A program made the position numbers and the translations under genes. This document shows positions 19,016 through 28,357 of a stretch of DNA of 64,000 nt, piece by piece. The notes under the pieces are model-generated. The model saw nothing but the letters and a program-made list of their open reading frames with translations. It was not told where the DNA came from and ran no database searches. The stretch is from assembly GCA_041906885.1 (NCBI GenBank), contig JAYRII010000001.1:773-64772 (forward strand), in the 5' to 3' direction. Numbering within the stretch: position 1 is the first letter of the stretch; the number at the start of each line of letters is the position of its first letter. Source of the stretch: Candidatus Saccharimonadia bacterium (lineage in GTDB: Bacteria > Patescibacteriota > Saccharimonadia > CAILAD01 > CAZGYV01).

Positions 19016-19104
19016 TACTAGTAAATTATAATGAAGTTGCTCATTCAAGTAAATATAGTACTTATGTTCAAATAGGTACATTTTAGTTATGATATATGTA
19101 AATT

Positions 19105-19716
19105 ATGCAATTATTTAATAAAATAAACCCAACCGTTAAAAAAATATTGTCAGTTGTTTTGAACTGGATATTAATTCCAATATTGATCGTATTATTTGTT
19201 CAATCGTTTATGTTTCAAGCTTTTTATGTCGAAGGCAACAGCATGGAACCAACCCTACACAACAACGACTATGTTTTTACTAGTAAAGTCGGCCTTAATT
19301 TTCACCGTCTCGTTGCTTTTATTAGTCCAAATCTACCACTAAAACGCGGCGAAATAATCGTTTTTAAATTGCCCAATTATGACGGGCCGCCACTTATTAA
19401 GCGCGTCGTTGGCTTACCCGGTGAGAGAGTCGTCATCAGTGGCGGCAAGGTCACAATTTATAATAAAAACAACCCAAATGGCTTGGTCTTAAAGGAAAGC
19501 TACATTAACGACGCCTACCCAACTGAGGGAGAAGTTGACACAAAAATCAGCTCAGGTAATGTTTTTGTCCTAGGTGATAATCGTTCGCCAGGAGCTAGTC
19601 TAGACTCAAGAATATTTGGGCAAATTAGCGAAACTCAGATTTTTGGCAAAGCATTGCTCCGCTTGCTACCAATCCATACTTTTACAACCTTAGAAAATGT
19701 CCAGTACGCACCCTAG
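19105..19716 (+). CDS. lepB: signal peptidase I
   Basis: S26 boxes: GNSMEPTL (Ser), an RVVGLPGE-type box and GDNRSPGASLDSR (box E). Confidence 0.9.
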   Translation: MQLFNKINPTVKKILSVVLNWILIPILIVLFVQSFMFQAFYVEGNSMEPTLHNNDYVFTSKVGLNFHRLVAFISPNLPLKRGEIIVFKLPNYDGPPLIKRVVGLPGERVVISGGKVTIYNKNNPNGLVLKESYINDAYPTEGEVDTKISSGNVFVLGDNRSPGASLDSRIFGQISETQIFGKALLRLLPIHTFTTLENVQYAP

Positions 19717-19778
19717 ATAATAATTTTCGATTGTTTTATAACTTGTAAGTCATATGTCTTGCTGCTTATAATGGTAGG

Positions 19779-20429
19779 ATGGATTATCACCACCCCGAAC
19801 ATAAAGACAAGGCTTACACTGAGCTACATAGCTCAACTCAGCCGCATAAACCTAGACGGGGCCAAAAAATATTACGAGAGGTGCTGTGGTTTGCGGGCCT
19901 GATCGTAGCAGTCGTAGTCTTGCACAATTATATTTTTCAAGCTTTCTATGTTAGTGGTAGCAGTATGGAGCCTGATTTCCATGACGGAGACTACTTAATC
20001 ATCTCTAAACTACCGGTCACCATGCATAAAGTATTATCAAATAATCAAGATTTATCAATCAAACGCGGCCAGGTTTTAGTCTTCAAATCCCCTCAAAATC
20101 CGAAGGTATTCTTCATTAAGCGAGTCATTGGTTTGCCAGGTGATAGAGTAGTGATTAAAGACGGCACTGTTACAATCTACAACAAAGATAACCCGCAAGG
20201 ATTAGTCTTGCATGAAATCTATATTGACAGCACACAAAGCACCTTAGGCGAGGTAGACGAAGTAGTAGAAGAAGGCAAATTATTTGTCTTGGGTGATAAT
20301 AGAACTCAAAATGGCAGCTATGATTCCCGCGAATGGGGCCAATTGCCTCAAGCCAATGTGACTGGAGTGGCGACCTTAAAGATTTTACCATTCAATCAGC
20401 TTGGCCCGATTTCAGAGCCAGCCTACTAA
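19779..20429 (+). CDS. lepB: signal peptidase I (tandem paralog)
   Basis: The same S26 boxes (GSSMEPDF, RVIGLPGD, GDNRTQNGSYDSR). About 40% identical to the upstream copy. Confidence 0.85.
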   Translation: MDYHHPEHKDKAYTELHSSTQPHKPRRGQKILREVLWFAGLIVAVVVLHNYIFQAFYVSGSSMEPDFHDGDYLIISKLPVTMHKVLSNNQDLSIKRGQVLVFKSPQNPKVFFIKRVIGLPGDRVVIKDGTVTIYNKDNPQGLVLHEIYIDSTQSTLGEVDEVVEEGKLFVLGDNRTQNGSYDSREWGQLPQANVTGVATLKILPFNQLGPISEPAY

Positions 20430-20465
20430 ACGCGTATAAAACTAAACAAGACTATCGAAGCTCAA

Positions 20466-21356
20466 TTATTTACCTAAAATCTGATGGTACAGTCGTCCCA
20501 ATTCTTCTTCTGAATAAAATTCTATAACCATTTTACCACCTTTGGCAGTTTTATGGATGGCTACTTTTGCACCCAAATATTTACCAAGATCACTGCTTAA
20601 TTGTGAGTTATACTGCTCGCGAACTTGCTTCTTCTTGATGGTAAATTCTTTGTCAGCCTTAAACTCACGCGACAACTCCTCTGTCTGACGAACCGACAAT
20701 CTCCCATCGATGATCAACTGCATTAATTTCAATTGTCGATCTCGATCGGTTACCGCCAGGATGGCTCTGGCGTGGCCTTCAGTTAGAATGCCATCATTAA
20801 GAGCTTGCTTGACTTCGGGTTGCAAATTTAGCAAGCGAATCGTGTTTGTGACTGTTGACTTAGCTTTGCCTACCCTTTTACCTATTAGCTCAGTATCCAA
20901 ATTAAACTGATCCGACAGCTTGAGATAAGCAGTGGCTAACTCAAGTGGTTTTAGCTCGGAACGCTGAATATTCTCGACCAAGGCGACCTCCAGCTGCTCT
21001 TGTTCATTATAGCTGCGCAAGATCGCCGGGACTTTTTTTAAACCAATTCTTTTGGCTGCTCGCAAGCGCCGCTCACCGGCAATGAGCTGATAGCCATGGT
21101 TGGACTTTACCACCACGAGAGGCTGGACTATACCGTGCTGCTTGATCGAAGCTGCCAGGCTATCGAGATCATCATCAACAAAATCCGAGCGTGGCTGGTG
21201 CGGATTAGCGACTATCTCATCAACTGAAAGATCATGTACGAGTGATGGATCAATTTTAAGTTCATTTGGCATTGATCTACTGGCAAACTCATCTACGTCA
21301 GTCGGAATCAAAGATTCCAACCCACGACCCAGTCGGTTTTTACTATTGGTTGACAC
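20466..21356 (-). CDS. parB: chromosome partitioning protein ParB
   Basis: ParB N-terminal box (GERRLRAAK) plus an HTH. Confidence 0.9.
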   Translation of the reverse strand: MSTNSKNRLGRGLESLIPTDVDEFASRSMPNELKIDPSLVHDLSVDEIVANPHQPRSDFVDDDLDSLAASIKQHGIVQPLVVVKSNHGYQLIAGERRLRAAKRIGLKKVPAILRSYNEQEQLEVALVENIQRSELKPLELATAYLKLSDQFNLDTELIGKRVGKAKSTVTNTIRLLNLQPEVKQALNDGILTEGHARAILAVTDRDRQLKLMQLIIDGRLSVRQTEELSREFKADKEFTIKKKQVREQYNSQLSSDLGKYLGAKVAIHKTAKGGKMVIEFYSEEELGRLYHQILGK

Positions 21357-22152
21357 GTTTTAAGACCTCCCTGGCTAGCTTTTTATAGCTGACTGCGCCC
21401 TTACTAAACCTATCGTAGTGACTAATCGGCTTCCCATGACTTGGAGCCTCTGCCAATCTAACATTACGAGGTATCGTAACACTAAATAATTTATCTGGAA
21501 AGTGCCGCTTCAATTCCTGGTGGACTTGATTGGCTAAACTAGTCCGACTAGTATGCATGGTTATCACAACCCCAAGCAAACGCAGTCTAGGATTTAGCCC
21601 CTGCCGAACTCTACTAACTGTAGCTAGTAGCTGCGTCAGGCCCTCGAGTGCGTAATACTCAGACTGTACAGGTACGAGCAACCAATCGGCCGCAGTCAGG
21701 CCATTGAGAGTCAAAATGCCCAGTGAGGGCGGGCAATCAAGCAAAATAATATCAAAGTCCTGCTTGATTTGATCAAGTGACTGTTTGAGTAAAAATTCTC
21801 GGCTCTTAGCACTCGAGAGCTCGACTTCAGCAGCAGCTAACACTGGACTGGCTGGCAAGATATACAAATTCTGATAGTTCGTTTTGGTGATGATTTTGGA
21901 TGAATCTTGACCATCAACCAAAACATCATAGAGTGACCATTCTAATTTGTTTTTATTCAGACCAATACCGCTAGAGCTATTAGCTTGCGGGTCAATATCA
22001 ACGATCAAAACCCGCAGTCCAGTCTTGGCTAGGTAGGCACCGAGGTTAATCGTAGTGGTAGTCTTACCAACTCCACCCTTCTGATTGGCAATTGCAATAA
22101 TAGACCCCACTCTCTTTTTGTCTGCTCCTGTTTTATTATCTAATTTTAACAT
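21343..22152 (-). CDS. parA: chromosome partitioning ATPase ParA/Soj
   Basis: Deviant Walker A KGGVGKTT. Overlaps parB by 14 nt. Confidence 0.9.
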   Translation of the reverse strand: MLKLDNKTGADKKRVGSIIAIANQKGGVGKTTTTINLGAYLAKTGLRVLIVDIDPQANSSSGIGLNKNKLEWSLYDVLVDGQDSSKIITKTNYQNLYILPASPVLAAAEVELSSAKSREFLLKQSLDQIKQDFDIILLDCPPSLGILTLNGLTAADWLLVPVQSEYYALEGLTQLLATVSRVRQGLNPRLRLLGVVITMHTSRTSLANQVHQELKRHFPDKLFSVTIPRNVRLAEAPSHGKPISHYDRFSKGAVSYKKLAREVLKRVNQ

Positions 22153-22277
22153 ATTTGCAATTAATTAGGGCTTTATAAGTCCTCAAAATTAGCCATTTAC
22201 AAGTTGTAAAAAGTTTGATATTATTATCCATTGTGCACAAGAAGATTTAATTGTTTTATTAGGAGAGAGCTAAGCAA

Positions 22278-22583
22278 ATGATTGCCGTTATAGAAAGTGG
22301 CTCAAAGCAATATATGGTTGAAAAAGGCCATACTATTGAGGTAGAACTACTCAAAGAAGAAAAGAATATTGAATTCAAACCATTACTAATTATCGATGGT
22401 GATAAGGTTCATATTGGCAAACCAGTCCTAGAATCAGGTATTGTCAAAGCCACTATCGCAGATAAGTCGGTTAGTGGTGAGAAAATCCAAGTTCTCAAAT
22501 ACAAAGCCAAAAAACGCCAATCCACCAAAACCGGCCACCGTCAAAAGTATACGGTAATCAAAATTATCGACATCAAAGCCTAA
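22278..22583 (+). CDS. rplU: 50S ribosomal protein L21
   Basis: 101 aa with an MIAVIESGSKQY... N-terminus typical of bL21. Confidence 0.95.
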   Translation: MIAVIESGSKQYMVEKGHTIEVELLKEEKNIEFKPLLIIDGDKVHIGKPVLESGIVKATIADKSVSGEKIQVLKYKAKKRQSTKTGHRQKYTVIKIIDIKA

Positions 22584-22608
22584 GACTACTAAAAGCTCAA
22601 GGCCCAAC

Positions 22609-22637
22609 AAAGCCCATCTTAAAAAGGGGCTTTTTGT
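22609..22637. terminator. bidirectional intrinsic terminator (AAGCCC loop GGGCTT, T-run)
   Basis: A 6-bp GC stem with a 10-nt loop followed by TTTTGTT. Sits between the convergent rplU and lipase genes. Confidence 0.6.
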
Positions 22638-22663
22638 TATTAAAATTTGTAACTATTTTTATG

Positions 22664-24007
22664 TCAAGAGCAGGTGGATGCTGGCTTTTGACCGCTAAAA
22701 ACCGTTGACAGCCAAGCTAAGGTATCATTGAAGCTGGTTGTCATTGTGTTGTAATGGGTCGCAGTGTAAGTCTTATAGGTAGTGCTTTTATTACCCGCCG
22801 CACAAAGGCGATCCCGAAAAGCAACCGACTGTCGAGGTAGAATAACATTATCATCTATGCCTTGGTTAATCAGCTTAGCGCTTTTAGTTTGATAGTCGCC
22901 GATTTCGTTCTTATCTAGGTCGCTAGCCAAACTAGCAAAGCCCGATTGGCTGAGACTATCATTTTTAAGAGCTTCTAAAAACTTCGGCTGATAAACCAGA
23001 TTTGCCTTTTTGCCCCAATAGTTTATCACCGTATCAATACAATTTTTCGCCACATCATCATCCAAGTTTTTCGACCATTTGTCGAGCAATATAGAATTAT
23101 TCATGTAATCCTGCTTATAGTAGTCACTATAGCTCGAGAGTACAAAAGGCCCATACCAATTAATATTAGCGCCTCGAGTAATATCTGCCCAGGTCTCTTT
23201 AACACTTGATACCGGCCCAAAACCAATCACACCACTAACGTTTAGCTCCTTAGCATATTCGGGAGCTAATTTATCCGCCCAATATGCTGCGTGTCCTCCT
23301 TGAGAATAACCAGCCAAGGCAATCTTATTCGAATCAATAATGTCTTTGGTATTATTGAGATTTTTTAATAACCGTAGGCTGTCAAGCATCGCCCGGCCTT
23401 CAAGCTCTCCAACCATATAATGGTGCATTCGAGTATCATCACGCATACCCTCATAATCAGTCGTCACAACGACATAGCCCTGACTAGCATAGGCCGCTAA
23501 GAGTGAGTCATAGTTCGCCCAATTACTTTTGGCAGGAACCTCCAGTGATGCGGCACAATGATCATCTATTCCTGTCGTACCCGGTGCAAAGGCAAAAACT
23601 GGTAATGTCTTGCCGCGCGGTACGGACGACGGTCGATAAACTCTGGCATAAACAGGAATATTGGTATTATTACCGTCAGAGCTGTTATAGCGCACTAACT
23701 GCTTAGTCATACCTTGCTCAACTGGTAAATTAAATTTCCTATTTGTTTCTATGATAAGCCTTTTGGTTTCATCAGCCGTGTAGGTAACTGGCGTCTGCTC
23801 TTCAATAATCTTGCCTGTCTTAACTTCATCTGTCTGAGCCGGTTTTATGCTAGTAATACTCTTGAACCTGCGTGAGGCATTGGGGTGTAAATAGCGCAGT
23901 AGATAAAACACACCAACAATTACCAAGACCAATATTAGCCCTGTTAATAGCCATCTTTTTATAGCCTTGCGGTGGTAGTCTATAATTAACTGATCGGTAT
24001 GCTTCAC
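22664..24007 (-). CDS. secreted alpha/beta hydrolase (lipase/esterase-like)
   Basis: N-terminal TM/signal anchor and a nucleophile elbow GYSQGG. Size and layout resemble the secretory lipase (LIP) family. Confidence 0.65.
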   Translation of the reverse strand: MKHTDQLIIDYHRKAIKRWLLTGLILVLVIVGVFYLLRYLHPNASRRFKSITSIKPAQTDEVKTGKIIEEQTPVTYTADETKRLIIETNRKFNLPVEQGMTKQLVRYNSSDGNNTNIPVYARVYRPSSVPRGKTLPVFAFAPGTTGIDDHCAASLEVPAKSNWANYDSLLAAYASQGYVVVTTDYEGMRDDTRMHHYMVGELEGRAMLDSLRLLKNLNNTKDIIDSNKIALAGYSQGGHAAYWADKLAPEYAKELNVSGVIGFGPVSSVKETWADITRGANINWYGPFVLSSYSDYYKQDYMNNSILLDKWSKNLDDDVAKNCIDTVINYWGKKANLVYQPKFLEALKNDSLSQSGFASLASDLDKNEIGDYQTKSAKLINQGIDDNVILPRQSVAFRDRLCAAGNKSTTYKTYTATHYNTMTTSFNDTLAWLSTVFSGQKPASTCS

Positions 24008-24495
24008 GATAGCTCTCGACTCATCATATACACATCAACATTGTCAATAAAGTTTTTAACCAATCGATCGACTACAAAATTACTTGCTAAGTAAAAATTC
24101 TTTCTATTATGAGTAATTAACTCCACCCGATTAACTGACCGATCATCTAATATTTTGATTGAGGAATCAAGCAACTGCCTACCATAACCTTGACCACGAA
24201 ACTGCGGAGACACATAGAGCCAAAATATATAAGCTCGTTGCTGTGGACTAATTTTGGCGATACTATAGCCAATCAATAACCGATCAAGCCACAAACCAAG
24301 TAGTATCCTATCTTGTTTCATTGTCGCATTCACTAATCTTGCAAGTGAATTTTGACGACGAGCGTGCTCTATGTAGCTAACTGGAAAATAAGAAAAATCT
24401 AACTTTAACGCATCATCAAACAATTTCTTGAGAGGTATTGCTTGCCATAGCTTAATAGCTGCAATGCAGGGCTGGTTAGTCGACATGAATGCCAT
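24004..24495 (-). CDS. GNAT family N-acetyltransferase
   Basis: Acetyl-CoA binding motif ...QFRGQGYGRQLL.... The start was placed at the ATG at 24495, which overlaps the upstream GGDEF stop by ~20 nt; the track ORF runs to 24612. Confidence 0.7.
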   Translation of the reverse strand: MAFMSTNQPCIAAIKLWQAIPLKKLFDDALKLDFSYFPVSYIEHARRQNSLARLVNATMKQDRILLGLWLDRLLIGYSIAKISPQQRAYIFWLYVSPQFRGQGYGRQLLDSSIKILDDRSVNRVELITHNRKNFYLASNFVVDRLVKNFIDNVDVYMMSRELS

Positions 24496-25159
24496 CCTGT
24501 AAGTTTTGATCTGAATTATGTCGATTTGATCCGTCATCATCGTCTTGCTTATGGCTATGTAAATCCGACTGGTATAGAACCACCTTATTGCGTCCTGTCT
24601 CTTTGGCTTCATAGACCGCCACGTCAGCTTGTGAGATTAAACTTTTTAGGCTCATACCTGCCTTTAATGAGGACACACCGAAGCTGGCGGTAACTTTAAA
24701 TTTACGGCCATCATGCTCGAAATTAAGCATTTCAATTTTTTTGCGAATTCCTTCAGCAATTACAGTAGCAGAATCTTCATTTGCACCAATCAGGCCAATA
24801 ATTATTTCTTCACCACCATAACGACCAACGATATCAACGCCACGCAATTCATCACGCACTAGAGTAGTGACAGTGCGTAAAACTTTATCGCCCATTTGGT
24901 GACCATAACTATCATTGATTGACTTAAAATGATCCAGGTCGACAAATATCAAAGAAAAGCTTTTAATAATCAAAAAGCGCCGTCGGTCAGGATGCTTAAA
25001 TTGAAATAGAACTTCGTTGACCATTGTATCCAAATACTCCATCAGACCGCGACGATTTAAAATCCGCGTCAGCTCATCAGTCCTTAATTGATCTTCGAGC
25101 TCGACAATGCGGTTTTTTAGCTTCTTGATATAGGCATCATTTTTGTGTTCAGCCATCAT
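24476..25159 (-). CDS. GGDEF-domain protein (putative diguanylate cyclase) with N-terminal coiled-coil
   Basis: GGDEF fold with a GGEEI active-site variant (RYGGEEIIIG) and an RxxD I-site 5 residues upstream (RGVD). No sensor domain, only a ~50-aa coiled-coil. Confidence 0.8.
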   Translation of the reverse strand: MMAEHKNDAYIKKLKNRIVELEDQLRTDELTRILNRRGLMEYLDTMVNEVLFQFKHPDRRRFLIIKSFSLIFVDLDHFKSINDSYGHQMGDKVLRTVTTLVRDELRGVDIVGRYGGEEIIIGLIGANEDSATVIAEGIRKKIEMLNFEHDGRKFKVTASFGVSSLKAGMSLKSLISQADVAVYEAKETGRNKVVLYQSDLHSHKQDDDDGSNRHNSDQNLQDGIHVD

Positions 25160-25160
25160 C

Positions 25161-26120
25161 TTACTTGATTGTTTCCTGCAAGCCCGAGAGATATTTTTCT
25201 GCTTCTAGGGCTGCTTTGCAACCATCGGCAGCTGCTGTGATCGCCTGCCTGTAGCGGGCATCAACCACATCACCAGCCGCAAAAACACCTTCAATATTGG
25301 TCAATACTTGGTTGTGAGGCTCAATATAGCCCTTATCATTGATATTGATTACGCCCTTAAACAGTTCTGTGGCCGGCTTGTGACCAATCGCCACAAATAA
25401 GCCATCAGCCGCAAGTGTTGAAACAGCCTCAGTCTTGAGGTTTTTTAACTTCAACCCGTCAACTCGATCCTGACCCAAAACATCCACCACCTCGCTATCC
25501 CATATAAAGTCAATTAGAGGATCGCCAAATACCCGTTGCTGCATGATCTGGCTGGCTCTTAGCTTGCTACGACGATGAATGACGGTAACTTTTTTGGCAA
25601 ACTTAGCTAATGCTAAAGCTTCCTCCATAGCACTGTCACCACCACCAACTACAACCACGCTCAAATCCTTAAAAAAGAATGCGTCGCATGTAGCACAAGC
25701 TGACACGCCCTTACCCATCAGACGCTTCTCATTCTCTAGGCCCAGCCACTGAGCTTTAGCACCAGTCGCAATAATGACACTTCGGGCCAAATAGTCGCTA
25801 TCTTTCGTGCTTATACTAAATGGCTTTACTTTTAGATCGACCTGTTCAACCATCCTGTCAATAATCTCCACACCAAACCGATTAGCTTGCTTTCTCATCT
25901 CACCCATAAGTTCAGGCCCCATGATACCTTGAGCAAAACCAGGGAAATTCTCCACCTCACTAGTCAGCATCAATTGGCCACCGACTTCTGCCCGCGAGCC
26001 TGATAACATCAAGACTGACAAGCCCGCCCGAGCTGCGTAAATTGCAGCCGTATAACCCGCCGGGCCGCTACCAATGATAACAACATCACGTGTTGACTTT
26101 TTTTCTTTATCCATAGCCAT
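25161..26120 (-). CDS. trxB: thioredoxin reductase
   Basis: FAD and NADPH GxGxxG motifs plus the redox-active CATC. Confidence 0.9.
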   Translation of the reverse strand: MAMDKEKKSTRDVVIIGSGPAGYTAAIYAARAGLSVLMLSGSRAEVGGQLMLTSEVENFPGFAQGIMGPELMGEMRKQANRFGVEIIDRMVEQVDLKVKPFSISTKDSDYLARSVIIATGAKAQWLGLENEKRLMGKGVSACATCDAFFFKDLSVVVVGGGDSAMEEALALAKFAKKVTVIHRRSKLRASQIMQQRVFGDPLIDFIWDSEVVDVLGQDRVDGLKLKNLKTEAVSTLAADGLFVAIGHKPATELFKGVININDKGYIEPHNQVLTNIEGVFAAGDVVDARYRQAITAAADGCKAALEAEKYLSGLQETIK

Positions 26121-26161
26121 ATTATATCAGTCAGCCAGCGTGCTTGCGAGATATCATTATG

Positions 26162-26791
26162 CTATTTAGCCGGCTGCTTGGTATCACCGGCACAAGTCTC
26201 GTTCGCCCATAAGCCTCGACTATTATCTCTTGCGACAACTTCGGCCTGCTTAAACTGCTCCTGATATTTATAAGGCTGACTTTGATAGGTATATTCGTGA
26301 GCATAGCCGCTTTCTATCATCAATTCGTTATAATTTTGACCATTTTGCATAAAAACGTAGGCCAGAAGACGACCATACTTATCGATTTCACCCTGTGACG
26401 GATCAAGCTCTAATCGCACATTCGAGCCATCAAGCAATTCGTGAGCTTTATTACTCGCCTCACGCCCAAAACACTGCACTGTCTTGCGAGGATCTACCAC
26501 CTCAGGCGTATCCATACCAATCAATCTGACCGTTTGCCGCCTGCCCTCTCGCAAAACCACGATAGTATCTCCATCAACAACCTTTAAAACCTTTAAAAAG
26601 CCCTCCGGAGGCGAGACAGTTTCTCGAGTAACTAAGCTCGATAACTTAAGTGGAGCTTTCAAGGCAACCTTTGGCAAGCTCAGTAATGCCAAGATTAAAA
26701 TACCAACAAATATAATTGCCGTAGCCCGCAGGATACGGCGAGCTTTGCGCTCTTGCTGGCTAGATTCAATTGGACTTTGTTCGGTTTGCAT
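26162..26791 (-). CDS. thermonuclease (SNase-like) with N-terminal TM anchor
   Basis: Staphylococcal-nuclease motifs ...VVDGDTI...RLIGMDTPE... and the catalytic Arg/Glu residues. Confidence 0.85.
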   Translation of the reverse strand: MQTEQSPIESSQQERKARRILRATAIIFVGILILALLSLPKVALKAPLKLSSLVTRETVSPPEGFLKVLKVVDGDTIVVLREGRRQTVRLIGMDTPEVVDPRKTVQCFGREASNKAHELLDGSNVRLELDPSQGEIDKYGRLLAYVFMQNGQNYNELMIESGYAHEYTYQSQPYKYQEQFKQAEVVARDNSRGLWANETCAGDTKQPAK

Positions 26792-26928
26792 ACGTTATTT
26801 ATCAGTATATCACTAAATCTATAAAACGAAATAATTTTTTATTCAAAGTGCCCAACATAAGTATTTACATTACAACAAACATCCGATACAATAAGACCTT
26901 CGTGCATAGTAACGAAAAGGAAGAAGTA

Positions 26929-27171
26929 ATGGCAATAATTGGATCGATGCTAAGGCTGTTGCAACGGCCATTGGCCGACAAAAAAGCCGTCAGTAATGCC
27001 TTTGAGGCAATGTCGCCGGCTGCCCGTCAAGCAGCCTGGTCAGCTCAAATGACATCGAGTCGACTGGACGACGATTTCACGGTATCATACAGTGAAATCG
27101 TGACCAGACGGACAGCCAAAGTGGCTCGCAGTCGAGCCAACCACCCCACCAGCCAGCCGAAGACACATTAG
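26929..27171 (+). CDS. small hypothetical protein (80 aa)
   Basis: The ATG at 26929 is preceded by AAAGGAAG. GC is above background. Followed by a hairpin at 27199..27237. The track ORF 26770..27171 starts in AT-rich, noncoding-looking sequence. Confidence 0.4.
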   Translation: MAIIGSMLRLLQRPLADKKAVSNAFEAMSPAARQAAWSAQMTSSRLDDDFTVSYSEIVTRRTAKVARSRANHPTSQPKTH

Positions 27172-27253
27172 ACACCATAGCTCCTCCACCCGCCCAGAAG
27201 ACCCTATGTTTACTTTTAAAAAGTAAGTATGGGGTCTTTCCAAATGTGGTAAT

Positions 27254-28357
27254 TTAAAGTTCGACTTTGCGCCGCCTGACCACGACACTTTGAATGATAC
27301 CAATACCAATTAGAGAGACTAGCATACTCGATCCTCCGGCTGAGATAAATGGTAACGGAATGCCCGCCACCGGCACCAAACCTAAATTCATGCCAATATT
27401 AATAAATATATGAAATAACAGCATAGCCGTTATACCAATAATCAAAAATCCACCAAAGCGGTCACTACTCTTCTTAACGACTGACACAGAACGTATTAAA
27501 AGTACTGCAAATAGCACAATCACCAAGATACTGCCAACAAAACCCATCTTCTCTGCCAATACCGCAAATATAAAATCCGTATGTTGCGAAGGCAAGAAAT
27601 TGCCCTGACTCTGCGATCCGGCATTCAACCCCTGCCCAAACCAACCGCCACTACCAACGGCTATGATAGCTTGGTTGACGTTATAGCCAGTTGTTGTTGG
27701 GTTGGCAGTTGGATTAAAGAATGTTTCGATTCTTTGTCTTTGATAGCCGTGCAAAAAAGGTAGAGTGAGTGGTATCACAATGACGATTATAGCTGCACCG
27801 ACCGCGAACCAGTATTTTTTTGCTTTTGTACAAACTATCATTGCTAGCCAGATTGCTGCTAAGACTGAGGCTGTCGCAAGATCTGGCTGGAGCAGTAAAA
27901 GGGTCAATGGTGGCACGAGATAAGCCAACGATAGCATCAGATATTTAAAATAACGAGTCTTTTCATAATTATCTGCAAACAGCTTAGCTAGCACGATTAT
28001 TAAAACCAGCTTAGCTAGCTCGGACGGTTGAAACTGAAAAAAACCAATTGTTATCCACCTAGTTGCACCCAATCTCTGAACACCAAAGAACTTGACTATT
28101 ATCAGTAAGCCAAGTGTGATTACATATAAAGGCATAGCGTAGTTACGCAAAACCCGATAATCCATCCGTGAAGCTAAAACTAATAGCACTAGACCGCTTG
28201 CAACATAAAAAATCTGTCGACTAGTATCAATCTGCGAATTCACCTGGCTCGGCTTGATACCAGATGAATAAAGTATCAAAAGCCCAAGTGCGCTTAAAAG
28301 CAAGACGGCTGTTAGGATTATCCAATCATATTTTTTAAACAGTCTTAGTAGGGACAT
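27254..28357 (-). CDS. SEDS-family peptidoglycan glycosyltransferase (FtsW/RodA)
   Basis: 10-TM SEDS architecture with conserved periplasmic loop motifs. Confidence 0.9.
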   Translation of the reverse strand: MSLLRLFKKYDWIILTAVLLLSALGLLILYSSGIKPSQVNSQIDTSRQIFYVASGLVLLVLASRMDYRVLRNYAMPLYVITLGLLIIVKFFGVQRLGATRWITIGFFQFQPSELAKLVLIIVLAKLFADNYEKTRYFKYLMLSLAYLVPPLTLLLLQPDLATASVLAAIWLAMIVCTKAKKYWFAVGAAIIVIVIPLTLPFLHGYQRQRIETFFNPTANPTTTGYNVNQAIIAVGSGGWFGQGLNAGSQSQGNFLPSQHTDFIFAVLAEKMGFVGSILVIVLFAVLLIRSVSVVKKSSDRFGGFLIIGITAMLLFHIFINIGMNLGLVPVAGIPLPFISAGGSSMLVSLIGIGIIQSVVVRRRKVEL

